DNA of 51,531 nt from assembly GCF_001194135.2 (NCBI RefSeq), contig NC_068987.1, positions 63,134,460 to 63,185,990 of the forward strand. Reading direction: 5' to 3'. Within the stretch, counting starts at the first letter, position 1; each line of letters begins with the position of its first letter. Made by a program: the position numbers and the translations under genes. The stretch is from Octopus bimaculoides. Lineage: Eukaryota. Positions 12,376 through 24,329 of this stretch are shown piece after piece. Below the pieces are notes generated by a model, which did not search any database, was not told the origin of the DNA, and saw nothing but the letters and a program-made list of their open reading frames with translations.

Positions 12376-12448
<73 letters not shown>
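12376..12448. repeat. (TC)n microsatellite
   Basis: Direct inspection; many other (TA)n, (TG)n, (GA)n, (CAT)n and (CTA)n tracts occur throughout the window. Confidence 0.95.
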
Positions 12449-12454
<6 letters not shown>

Positions 12455-12664
12455 CTACACCCAAACTCTATCCATACATATTTCATTATTTCTGTTTTTT
12501 TTTCTTGCTTTGAATGTTATTTTCCCTTATTTTGTGCACAATATCTTTCCCTTCAAGCTTTGTCAAATTTATTTATTGAATGCTCACACACAAAAAAAAT
12601 GATAAATAAATTCAAAGAACAAACAAACAAACAAGCAAACTTTATTACCCTGATTCATTTTTAG

Positions 12665-12724
12665 GGATTACTTTGTGGAAAATTTAGGGGAAGGATTATA
12701 TCAAAAACGGTCAACGGTGCAAGT
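12665..12724 (+). CDS. EXOC1: Candidate alternative 60-nt EXOC1 cassette exon (DYFVENLGEGLYQKRSTVQ)
   Basis: ttcatttttag| acceptor and |gtaagt donor; length divisible by 3; open in the phase-2 frame of the host intron. Confidence 0.55.
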
Positions 12725-13041
12725 GTAAGTAGCCTGATGGCAGAACTGGTGTTGTTGATGCTATTTATTGTTTGTTGTCTTGGTCTTGTTCCCTTCTTTG
12801 CTCCAATCTTTGCATTTGTTGCCAGTTGAAAGTGGTTTCCCCATTTTTACTACCTCCTTGTTAATTCTGTTTTTTTGTTGTTTTTTTTGTGTTTGGTCAT
12901 TTGTTTATTTTTTGGTGGTATTATTATTATTATTATTATTATTTATATATTTTGTTGTTTTAGTATATTTTATGTCTGAATGTTGTGTGTGTATATGTAT
13001 GTTCAAAGATATGTGTTTATATGTGTGTATGTATGCATGCA

Positions 13042-13081
<40 letters not shown>

Positions 13082-13088
<7 letters not shown>

Positions 13089-13365
13089 TAAATAAGAAAT
13101 TATATATATATATGTATACAATTATATTAGGGGAGCGAGAGTAAAAAGAACAACCTATCTCCAACATGCTTGAATGCTGATGCATTCAGACACTACCAGA
13201 AAACTCCCAAAATATACACGTGTATATTTTTTGAGTTTTTCGGTAATGTCTGAATGCATTGGCATTCAAGCATGTTGGAGATAGGTTGTTCTTTTCACCA
13301 TTGCTTCCTTAATATAATTATATACATACATATATATATATATATAATTATTAATTTAATGTATA
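13082..13365. repeat. Loopless near-perfect palindrome of about 280 bp (foldback/MITE-like)
   Basis: Centre tatacac|gtgtata at 13219/13220; the arms are reverse complements with few mismatches. Confidence 0.9.
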
Positions 13366-13581
13366 AATTATCTATAACTTTTTATTGCATGTTGACTACC
13401 TGATAAAAAATCAGTAACATGATTTTATCCTTATATTCTAGTATGAATTAAAAAATAATATATATAATATATATATACTTCGACTAGAGGTTGTGTTAAC
13501 CTCATGAAGGGATGGTTTCATCCAAGGAAATACTGGTTCAATACCTAGTATTTTGGGGGGAATTAATTTCCTTAAAATAAT

Positions 13582-13614
<33 letters not shown>

Positions 13615-13619
<5 letters not shown>

Positions 13620-13827
13620 GCACATATATAAAAACATATCGCTTATATTCATATAAAAGAAGAAAAAGAAAGTGGAAATTGGGAAGTTAATAATTGTTTA
13701 TTATTAACAGCAAATTAATCATCTTCACTTACAGCTGTATATATATTTGTGTGTGTGTGTGTGTGTGTGTGTGTATGCATATATATATATATATATAAGC
13801 TGCATGTACAAATAATATATTAATGTT

Positions 13828-13876
<49 letters not shown>

Positions 13877-14084
13877 GCACATATATAAAAACATATCGCT
13901 TATATTCATATAAAAGAAGAAAAAGAAAGTGGAAATTGGGAAGTTAATAATTGTTTATTATTAACAGCAAATTAATCATCTTCACTTACAGCTGTATATA
14001 TATTTGTGTGTGTGTGTGTGTGTGTGTGTGTATGCATATATATATATATATATAAGCTGCATGTACAAATAATATATTAATGTT

Positions 14085-14110
<26 letters not shown>
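13615..14110. repeat. Tandem duplication, period about 257 bp, bounded by microsatellites
   Basis: Two apparently identical copies of aaaacatatcgcttatattc...gctgcatgtacaaat. Confidence 0.9.
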
Positions 14111-14118
<8 letters not shown>

Positions 14119-14182
14119 CGTTATTTGTGTGTATGAATATGTACACATGTGCATGGATATATGTATATGTGCATGTATGTGT

Positions 14183-14414
14183 TATTTCTTTACTACCCAC
14201 AAGGGGCTACACAGAGAGAGGACAAACAAGGACAGACAAACAGATTAAGTCGATTATACCGACCCCAGTGCGTAACTGGTACTTATTTGATCGACCCCGA
14301 AAGGATGAAAGGCAAAGTCGACCTCGGCGGAATTTGAACTCAGAACGTAGCGGCAGACGAAATACCGCTAAGCATTTCGCCCGGCGTGCTAACGATTCTG
14401 CCATTTCGCTGCCT
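14183..14414 (-). mobile_element. Young full-length SINE A with 17-bp TSD
   Basis: CpG-rich intact head; TSD tatgtgcatgtatgtgt at 14166-14182 and 14415-14431. Confidence 0.9.
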
Positions 14415-14847
14415 TATGTGCATGTATGTGTGTGTCTTTCCCAACCTAACTATAATTACTCTTTAAGTCTGTACAATTTTCCTTTGCCATTATTTTGATC
14501 TGGGATGATGTCCTTATTTATTCAAAAGTTACTCATGTCACTTCTATCTTTGGTCTAAAGAGCTAAACAGCAACACATATAATGTAATATATATACGCAT
14601 ACAGTTATCATGTGAGTGTCAGCCTAGGGTTTAACAATAATAAAATCACTCTGATTGAGCAAATATTTGATCAAAGGCATTCTAGTCCTCATAAAGCCTG
14701 CATAGTTCAATATGCTCCTTTTTATGATAGTTGGGTATGATTTGAGAGAGATTTGGCTTCTATCATCAACAAGTGAATCAACCACGACGCAGATCCCTTG
14801 TTGGATTGCTATTATCTGTTATTTAATTAAGGTTTTATATATATATA

Positions 14848-15031
14848 TACAAAATTAAGAAGAATGACCACCAAAAGTGGACTCCTATATGCTAGAAATA
14901 GATGCCAAATCACCTAACCACGAAAAATATGTTCTCAAGAAAAAAATGTTTTTCTTGAGAACTAGGTGATTTGACATCTATTTCTAGCATATAGGAGTCC
15001 ACTTTTGGTGGTCATTCCTCTTAATTTTGTA
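14848..15031. repeat. About 185-bp hairpin/foldback element
   Basis: Arms 14848-14916 and 14963-15031; inner stem 14931-14944/14949-14962. Confidence 0.9.
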
Positions 15032-16284
15032 TGTAATATAATTTTAATCTTTGGATTTTTTAAATATGCTAGGCCACTGGGTTTAATTGATTAATATCAA
15101 TTTCTACCCTCATTAAATTTGTAAATAAATTTATATACATATATATATATATATATAAATATATATACAAAGGAAGTAAAAAAAAAGCATCAGTTGATTG
15201 CAACTCTTTCAATATAAAGAGTCTAAAGGAGCATGCAGTGAATGCTGTATGCAGTATAGCTCATGCAATATGCTATATGGAATGTGCCTTATATGTACAA
15301 TGCAATATATGAGACATGCCTCATGAATTGCATTGCATGCTATGTTTGTATGCAATATGCTGTGCTGTGTGCAATGCACTGCATGCTATTTGCAGTATGT
15401 GAACACTGGTGAATACTGGAGTGTCAAATAGCATCTTGTAAGAATATATGGACTAAAGAAGTGCAATACTATCGTTTAGAAAATCATATAAATGGTGAAT
15501 GATGTTGCTGTTTAGCCCCAGGTTAGCCTTGATTGAGCAAGCCTAAGATCAAAGTCATTCCAGCCATGACTATCTGATATTTTTTTTGTTTTTGTTTTTG
15601 AAGCATAGTGTGTATAGGACTAGATTATTCAATGCTCTTTCTTTTCTTAAGATGATGGGATGATGGTGTAATTTGACAGAAAACTTTTGTCTCCTGTTTC
15701 TAATAGTTTGAGTGACCACACAGAGGCTTTCTCTGTTGTTGTATAATTCATATATTGTATTGTGTTGCAATATGTTTCAGTAAATATATGTATGTATATA
15801 TGTTAATTTTTACAAGTTTGTCAGTGAAAGCTTTGAAGTTTCGGTTTGCTCATCAATGTCAGATAGTCTGATGTTAGTGAGCAGGTTGAAACATCAAATT
15901 CATTGTTAACTTTTACCTTGTAAAAATTAATATGTACTCTACTAAGAAGTATTGGGCAATCTTCCAGTTTAATGTTAAATTGTTTTTAATATATAACTTG
16001 ACATAAAAACAAACACTAAACATCTTATATATATATAGTGATGTATTTTAGCTATATAAAATAGTGAAAGATTAGTTGAACAAGGACTCAAGATGGAACG
16101 GAATTGAATTATTTATAATTTAGAAATTGACTGTTACTTCAAACTTTTGTTTAATAAGGTTTTTTAAACTGTTTGAAAAGCGTAATTCATTAAAAATTCA
16201 AATTAATGATCAGTTTCTAACTATGAGAGTTAAAAAATAGTCAAGATTAAAATGATAACAATTATGGTGATGATTAGGATGAAG

Positions 16285-16565
16285 ATATCATCATCATCAT
16301 TTAGCATCTACTTTCCATGCTGGCATGGGTTAGACAGTTTGACTGGAACTGGTAAGCTGGAGAGCTACACCAAGTTCCAGTCTGATTTGGCATGGTTCCT
16401 ATGGCTAGATACCCTTCTTAATGCCAACTACTCGAAGGGTGCAATAGGTGCTTCCTACATGCTATTATGTGCCTCTGGCATATGTGCTCCTATGTGCCAC
16501 CAGCACGGGTGTGAGACACGTGATATCAGCATTGACCACAACTACGATTTCACTTGGCTTGACGA
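16285..16565 (-). mobile_element. RTE-type 3' tail
   Basis: catcatcatcattta...ttccatgctggcatggg family motif. Confidence 0.7.
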
Positions 16566-16573
16566 GTTTTGTG

Positions 16574-16607
<34 letters not shown>

Positions 16608-17929
16608 TGAAGGAGTGCTGGAAAGTTTCTGGCTTTAAGGGTATTGTGAAAGACCTGGTTGGAGAATCAACCTTCTGAGTTCTTTTACAGGGCTTAGAAC
16701 AACCAAGGACTGCTGCAATAAATGTGTGAATCCAAGAGGGGAATATGTTGACTAAAATCATAATTAACTGATCCTCCTTTTACTGATTCTTCTTTTACTC
16801 AAAGCCAGGAACTTTTCAGCACCTCTGCATATCGTTTATTTATTTTACATCTATTTTTTTCATGCTAGCATGGGTTAGATGAAGATTTATTTGATTATGG
16901 CCAGATGGTTTTCCTGCCAACCCTTTACTTGATTTTCAATTAAAGGAGGTTTTAATGTTCCACTTGTCATCAAAAGTGCAGACTGTTCAATTTGTCAACA
17001 GGGAATGTAAACGTTACTTCACTGTTTTACCCTTCTTGGTGACAAGTGAAGATAAAAATGTCAACATTTGTGCACAAACAATGATGGCCAGCTTCCATGT
17101 ATTTTCTGTCTACCAATGCTACTTAAAAGGCATTGGTTGGCTCAAGGCTGTAATAGAAGGCAGTTGCCTAGGGTGTCATGTCGTGAAATGGAACTCAAAA
17201 ATCATGTGGTTATGAAGCGAATACCATATCTACATAGTTATGCCTGCACTGTGTGTGTGTGTTTGTAAATACACGTGTATCTGTATATGTATGCTTTGTA
17301 TATGCAGTGACAGTATAAACCTCCCAGTGTATCTATAGTTTCGTTGCATGTGTGAAGTCTGTCTGTTACCTTCTGTGTCCAGCAGCATTCTATATTATGA
17401 ACGATTGTGGTTTTTATGCTTTGGCTGTTGTTACTGATGTTTTGGTACCCCTCTCCATGTTTGGAACCTAACTTGTGTATTGTATTATAACTCTGTTACA
17501 GTCGTATAAAGAAATAATAATAATAATAATAATAACAACAACAACAACAACAACAATGATGATAATGATGATGGCGATTATGATGATAATATTAATAACA
17601 GTTTGAAACCCTGTGGCTGGGAACTGAATTTCATAACCACACAGCCATGCCTGCGCTTGTTTAGCTTCTTTGTGAATATGAATCCCTGTTTGTATCAACA
17701 TATACAATATTTAATGGTATTGTTAGCTGAGATAAAGTCTGAACCACTACTAGCCAAATGTATCTGAGGCAGTATGAGTGTTTGTGCAGTTGATACTCAA
17801 TCTGTTGCTTGGTTTAACAACTCCACCATTTCCTGATACCTTGGATGCTTATGGTAGAGTCTTCACTCTGTCACCTGCATTCAGGCCAAGTCTTCAGCTT
17901 GAAGATATCTTTCATCCATCAATCTAGAA

Positions 17930-18289
17930 CAGTGATTCTTATCTGGGACCCATATGGCCCCTGAGGGTCCGTATAAAATTTTGGGGGTGGGGGTGGGGTT
18001 CCACATAATAAAATAGTAAATTAGTGATCCACAATAGAATTTGGAGAGCCCCCGAAAAAATTTTGCTTTAGATGTATGTATTGGTATGTATTGCAAGAAA
18101 CAGCTAGTTTTCTTTCTCTAACATTTTACATAGTTCAACCTACACAAATTAATGGGTGAAAAACAAAATAGGAATTTTGAAAGAAGTTTCTATAAAACTA
18201 GTTTTTAAACATCGAATGGCTATGGGGGCCCACCAGAGTAAAATAGTAATCAAAGGGGTCTATACATGAAAAATGGTTGAGAACCCCTG
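17930..18289. mobile_element. hAT-type non-autonomous element with 8-bp TSD ATCTAGAA
   Basis: cagtgattct...agaacccctg termini; TSD at 17922-17929 and 18290-18297; homologous to 43363-43710. Confidence 0.85.
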
Positions 18290-19499
18290 ATCTAGAAGCT
18301 CCTGTATAAGGTTTGTGGACACAGCCTTCTCTTCTGATTAGAAGATTTTTAAAAATTGATGTAAAGTAGCCAGGTGTGTTTCCACATGAGATTCCCAAAT
18401 TCCCTTCAACTACTTTCAGTTTGTAGGTTACTTACTTTATCAATGATTGGTTCAAAGTACATGTAAGAAGACAGTTGCCCAGGCTGTCAGTCATGTGGTG
18501 AGATAGAATTTTAAAAAATCCACAGTGCCTATTACACCTGCAGAAGGCTATGTCACATTCTTAACTTCTACACTCATCCTTACAACATTCATATCTCACC
18601 ATATGTTCCTCACTTTACAGTTGAATCATTACAAATGAATAAATGAGCTTTAGTTGATAGTAAAATAAAACATAATGTTCATGTGGTATGTCATGACTGG
18701 GTGGGTATGATACTTTGGAAATATCTTTTTCTTCAATCCCTAGCCTGCGATGGGAGGGGGAGGCTGTCCTCTCAACCAATATGCTGCAGTGGGTACTGCT
18801 GGATGACAGACTCTGGTGATGATGTTATTCCACACTTTCTGATCCATGGCGCTGGCCTTAGCATGCTTGTGGTCAAAGTGCTGTGACTTCATGTCTCCCT
18901 CAATTTGTTTAGCCTATGCCTTCTTTGGCATAAGTAAAAAAAAAAAAAATTGTTTTCAAAAAATGAAAAGAAAAAATAATTATTCTCACAATTTATGTTA
19001 ATTTGTTCAACAAGCCTATTTATTTGTTTTATTAATTAGTTAGACGAGGAATGGCAACAGCACCTTTGACCTTTGTAGGCCTTTTGCAGACTGATGAAAT
19101 CAATAGTAATGATGTTCTGTCTGAACTTCTGCAGATCACTTCCTGAGGATGAACATGGCCAAGAAGGAAAGTCTAGAGACTGAAACTCTGAAAAGTAATA
19201 TTTGGACAGTGTTCAGCAGTAGATTTTGTTGGGGAGACATAGTAAGGATGATGAGGAGGGGATACACTCACATATACGTGTCTATTGAGTCTGGGTGGAA
19301 GTTGTGAGCAGCTTGTCAGTTTAGAGGAATAAAGATTCTGTCTTTGCCAGTCAACTGAAAAGTCTATTCTTGATGTTTTTCAGACTATAACAGCAGCATT
19401 ACCATCATAGATATGTTAGCACTACTTTTCTCTTTTTCCTTCTTCTCTTGTTCTTTTCTGTCTTGCAAGTTACTTGAGAACCCCATGGAAAAAATAGCA

Positions 19500-19840
19500 T
19501 GCAGTACACACTGTAAAGTGGTTGGCGTTAAGAAGGGCATCTAGCTGTAGAAACCATACCAAAGCTGATGTGGAGCATGATACAGCCCAGTGGCTCACTG
19601 GATTTTGTTAAATCATTAATATATATCTTACGCTCTCGGAGTGGTTGACGTTAGGAAGGGCATCCAGCTGTGGAAACTCTGCCAAATCAGATTGGAGCCT
19701 GGTGTAGCCATCTGGTTCATCAGTCCTCAGTCAAATCGTCCAACCCATGCTAGCATGGAAAGCGGACGTTAAATGATGATGATGATTAAATCCATACCAG
19801 CATAGAGAACAGACATTAAATAATGGTGATGATGATGATA
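19500..19840 (+). mobile_element. Two RTE-type 3' tails (one nested or adjacent)
   Basis: ggcgttaggaagggcatccagc...ccaacccatgctagcatggaaagcggacgttaaatgatgatg. Confidence 0.75.
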
Positions 19841-20197
19841 CTCTAAGAGGGGTCCACTTTAGCTTTGAGAAGGGTTATCAGCTGTTCGGAGCTGACTTTA
19901 AAGAAGGGGTCTAGCAATTGGGATAGAAATTTGGCAATGACATATATGTAAGGTTGCTTTGAGAAATCATTGGGCAGCGTGAAGTGAAACATAGAGACTT
20001 TGAAGGTTTTAGAGTGTGTTTATATGTGGAGAGGGCGTAATGCAAGATTGATTCCATGTTATTGTATCTTTGTAATGCTGAAATTGTCTCTGTTTTTAAT
20101 TGAAGAATGATTTTGAAGTCTCTCTTCATAGAATCAGTGTACACATGAATTGATGTGGCTAGATTATTTGTAGGTGATACTTGTGTGTGAAAGGTTA

Positions 20198-20510
20198 TCT
20201 TTCTTATGCACCCTTTTAAAGCCTAGCCAGGCTCATGGGTCTGGTTTCCCGATTTCTATGGTGTATGTGCTCCCCCCAGCAGGACGGGACGCCAGTCCAT
20301 CGCAGCGTTACTCAAGAAACAGGAAGAAAGAGTGAGAGAAAGTTGGGGCGAAAGAGTACAACAGGGGTCGCCACCACCCCCTGCCGGAGCCTCGTGGAGC
20401 TTTAGATGTTTTCGGTCAATAAACACCCACAACGCCTGGTCTGGGAATCGAAACCAGGATCATCCGACCGTGAGTCCACCACCCTAACCAATGGGCCATT
20501 GCGCCTCCAC
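20198..20510 (-). mobile_element. tRNA-derived SINE (family C head) with 13-bp TSD
   Basis: Minus-strand ggaggcgcaatggcccattggttaggg...ggtttcgattccc head; TSD gtgtgaaaggtta at 20185-20197 and 20511-20523. Confidence 0.88.
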
Positions 20511-21152
20511 GTGTGAAAGGTTAACAAAAGTACAAAGGGTAGTATCATTTGTGAAGAAATGTGTGGTGTGTGCTTTGACATAATAACATGTACAAAAGGG
20601 GAGATTAGTAAGAGATGTTAACAAACCTTGGACCATACCACAATACGTCTATGAAGGAATCTTTTTTTTGGACAAACACTGTAGCTATTGGCTTTTCAGA
20701 GATATATTGACTTACATCAAATATGTCACAAAGATAAAGATTTTAAGAAACCAATATTGGTCTAAGTCATTGAGTCACTATTGATTCCTGATTACAGAAC
20801 CTATTTCATTTATGCCAATAATGCTTTTGGCTCCACTATGCATATTTTTCAATTTTTGTTATATTTTCTTTCAGTTTGCATTTTCTCCTCTTTTTCTTCA
20901 GCGCTTTTTTGTGTTTTTTTTTGTATTGTCTGCATTTTAATCGCTTTGTTATTTGTTTTATTGTTTCCTTTTCTTTTTCTTTTATAAAATTTTATTTTCC
21001 CTTTTTTTCTTTTCACCTTTCCTTTGTTTTTGCAGCTTTCTTTCCTTCTTTTTTACTCTTGCTCTTTGTTTATTTTTAATTTGTTGTGTTTTTGTTGCAT
21101 CATGACTGTGTATATGTATGTTTGTATGTATGTTTGTATGTGTGTGTGTGTG

Positions 21153-21215
<63 letters not shown>

Positions 21216-21599
21216 GTAATTTATTTACTGTACAGTTGTGATTTTTTTTGTTTCTATATTTTTTGTTGGTGTTAAGGTTATGGCTCTTGTTGTTATTGAA
21301 TGGTGTATATATATATTTTTGAATTTATATTGTTGTTTTTGTTGTTCTTCATTACGTTAAAGATCCAAAGATCTTTAGTTCAATGTTGGGGTTCAGCATC
21401 CTGAAGATAGTATTTAGTAGTTTTGCAAATTCTCAAAATTATTAGAGCATCAGACAAATTTCGTCTTGGTATTTGTCCCAATTTTTTTTACATTCCAAGT
21501 TCAAATCCTACCAAGATCAACTTTGCCTTTCATTCCTCCCAGGGTCAGTACGAAAAGCAATACTATGAAAACAACCAAGAGATTGATTGGTAGAATCAA

Positions 21600-22200
21600 C
21601 AGCTTTATAGAAATCTTAGAAATCACTTTGTTTTGATTGTTGCTTATCATCTCCTCCTTGACCAACTTATATTCCTTCACCTTGCCCCAAACTGACAGTC
21701 ATTATCATGCCTCCTTCCCTGTATGCCATTCACTACATCACCCTATATGCCTATCTATATTCCCTGCCTCTGACCATCTGTTATCTCTTACTTGATCCTC
21801 TGTCCTTGTTCATTTCACATTCACCTTGTTTTTTGAGGGTATGACCTGACTCCACATCACCATCACTTTCTCTCCTTTTCCAGCTGGGGTATCCATGTAT
21901 CTCCTCTACAACATCAGTTTCTCCCCAAAACTGATTTTCACTGCATCCACCTCAAACCTCATCTCTAATCATCCATCATACTCTTTTCACTCTAGTGCAC
22001 TTACCTACCCACCCATTTTTCTTTTCCTCTTTCTCTATTCTCTCTTTATGCCTATTCACCCTGTACCCACACCTCATCTCGCTCTGTTTCCAGATGAGGA
22101 AGTTGTGTATTCACTTCTTCAACAAGATTCCTTCTCATGTCCCTCTATCATATTTTTATATCCCCTCAATACTTTACTTAACCTAGTTGAGAAAGTCTTA
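21600..22200 (+). mobile_element. Decayed Penelope-like RT remnant
   Basis: TASTSNLISNHP peptide resembles the Penelope TASNLIxxHP..FY.LPKIHK region; many stops. Confidence 0.3.
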
Positions 22201-23279
22201 TCTTGTAAGTACATGGTGACCTTACCAATGCAGATACCACAAAAAAGAAAAAAAGCACCCAGTACACACTGTGAAATAGTTGGTGTTAGGAAGGGCATCT
22301 AACTCTATGTAAAAACCATGTCAAAGAAGACATTGCAGATTGGTGCAGCTTTCTAATTTGTCAGTTCATGTTGAACTGTCCAACCCATGTGAGCATGGTA
22401 AAAGGGACTTTAAATGATGATGATCGCCATCATTATCATGAATCTAGTGTTGCTGATGCTGATGAGGCCCATTGTATGACAGGAAAAATATTTAAAAAAT
22501 AAAAGAACAACAACAACAACAAAAATCCAGCATGATTATTGTGATGATGGTGTTGGTGGTGATGGTAATGTTGTGGTAATGTCAATGAGAATGTTTATGT
22601 TGATGCTTATAATAATTGTAATCATATATATTTATATATGCTCTTAATTAACAATTTAATCAAATCCTAAATTGCTTTAAAATAAATAAACAAACAAAAA
22701 AAACAGGAAGAATGTGACATTTTGAAGTATGATTGATGATTTACTGATTTCTTGTGCTTAATTTGATTAATCATTTTTCCATTTGTTTGTATTTTAAATT
22801 TCATCATTGTTATTTTTTTGTTTCATTTATTTTTATTTATTTATTATTAATTTCATTATGACAGAATATTCTAAGCTGACATAGCAATGTCATAAGAGTG
22901 TGGATGCATTTTTCTCTCCATGTCTTCCTCTTTCACGCACACACATAATGAGAAAGCTGTTTCTATTGACCTCCCCCCCCATATATATATATATATATAT
23001 ATATATCCCCGAGTTTGTATAATTGTGTATAGATGAATATATTAATCAATGTTATTCCAACATACTCTGATTTTCACATTTTATTATTTAGTTTTACCAT
23101 ATTATAATAATAGAATATTATATATTATTATGATAAAACTAGTACTTTCATGTGTTACGCAATCATCAGGTTTATGTAGTAGTAGTGACAGTCATGTTCC
23201 ACAATTGACATACATATATTGTGTGTGTATAGTTAGATGTATGACTTCTACTGTTGAGTGTTTTGCACTTCATGTAAAT

Positions 23280-23572
23280 TGGTAGTTCCCAAAGTGGGTG
23301 GTACTGCCCCCTTGGTTGTGTATGTATGTAGAAAAATCCAGTGAGGTTTTGAAGAAAAGTGTGGCGATAATGAGGTGGCAAAGAGTGGGTGATGGATGTA
23401 ATAAAACCCCCAAATAGTGGGTTAATTAGGCTAAGTTTTACTTGTGAAATATAGTTGTTTTAAATTTGCTGCAGAAAGTGGTCTATGTTTGTGATAGTGA
23501 GAGGGGTGGAGCATTAGGAATGTGGCCTGGGTGCCAAGTGGGTCGCAACCTGAAAATGTTTGGGAACCACTG
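23280..23572. mobile_element. hAT-type MITE
   Basis: ...gttcccaaa / tttgggaaccactg TIRs; 8-bp TSD atgtaaat / atgtagat (7 of 8). Confidence 0.75.
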
Positions 23573-24253
23573 ATGTAGATTATCATCATCTAATCTCTTT
23601 CCAGTATAGTGGTTTGCTTACTTCTTTACTTAATAGTATCCCTAGTTACGGTATACAAAGCAAATGTAGAAATAGTTATGATCAACATGAGTCTATAGCA
23701 TTTCTTCCCTACATATGTTTCACTGTTGTGGTTGTTTGGAACCTTTATGCTGGAGGTTGCAGAGATTAAATGTTTCTATAAGGGCATCCAGCTGTAGAAA
23801 CCATGCCAAATCTTTTGCAGCTCCTCGCCATTCCCAGCTTGACAGCTCTGGTCACACCATCCAACCCATGCCAGCATGGACTACGGATGTTAAATGATGA
23901 TGAGGATGATGGTATTTGCCTGATGATCCGTTGTTGTTAAGCGTCCAATTGAGTTTGAGGTAAATGGACCATGAAAACGAAGTAGACCGAGAAAAACATA
24001 GAGGGGACAGGTGGAGGAGGAAATTGGGAGGGTTGACTTGAGAAGGGAGGATACCCAAAACAGGGCAAGATGGTGAGATGGTGTGAGGGCGGTTGCTATA
24101 GCTTTGAGGTAGATTTGGCGACCCCTGTTAATGGGGACAAAACCTGGATTTAAAACATTGCATGATGATGATGATGAGTACAGAGGTTCCAAGCAACTGC
24201 AGTGGTGAATTGTACATGAGGAACATATATAAACTTGTGTTTGTCATAATTTC

Positions 24254-24296
<43 letters not shown>

Positions 24297-24329
24297 GTAG
24301 AAATTGTGTGTATAAGTAGATGTATGAGT

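Noticed and set aside
22707-22726. 20-nt phase 0-2 segment (EECDIL) that could be mutually exclusive with the 8168 exon
   Set aside because: The acceptor is preceded by an A-rich tract with no polypyrimidines.
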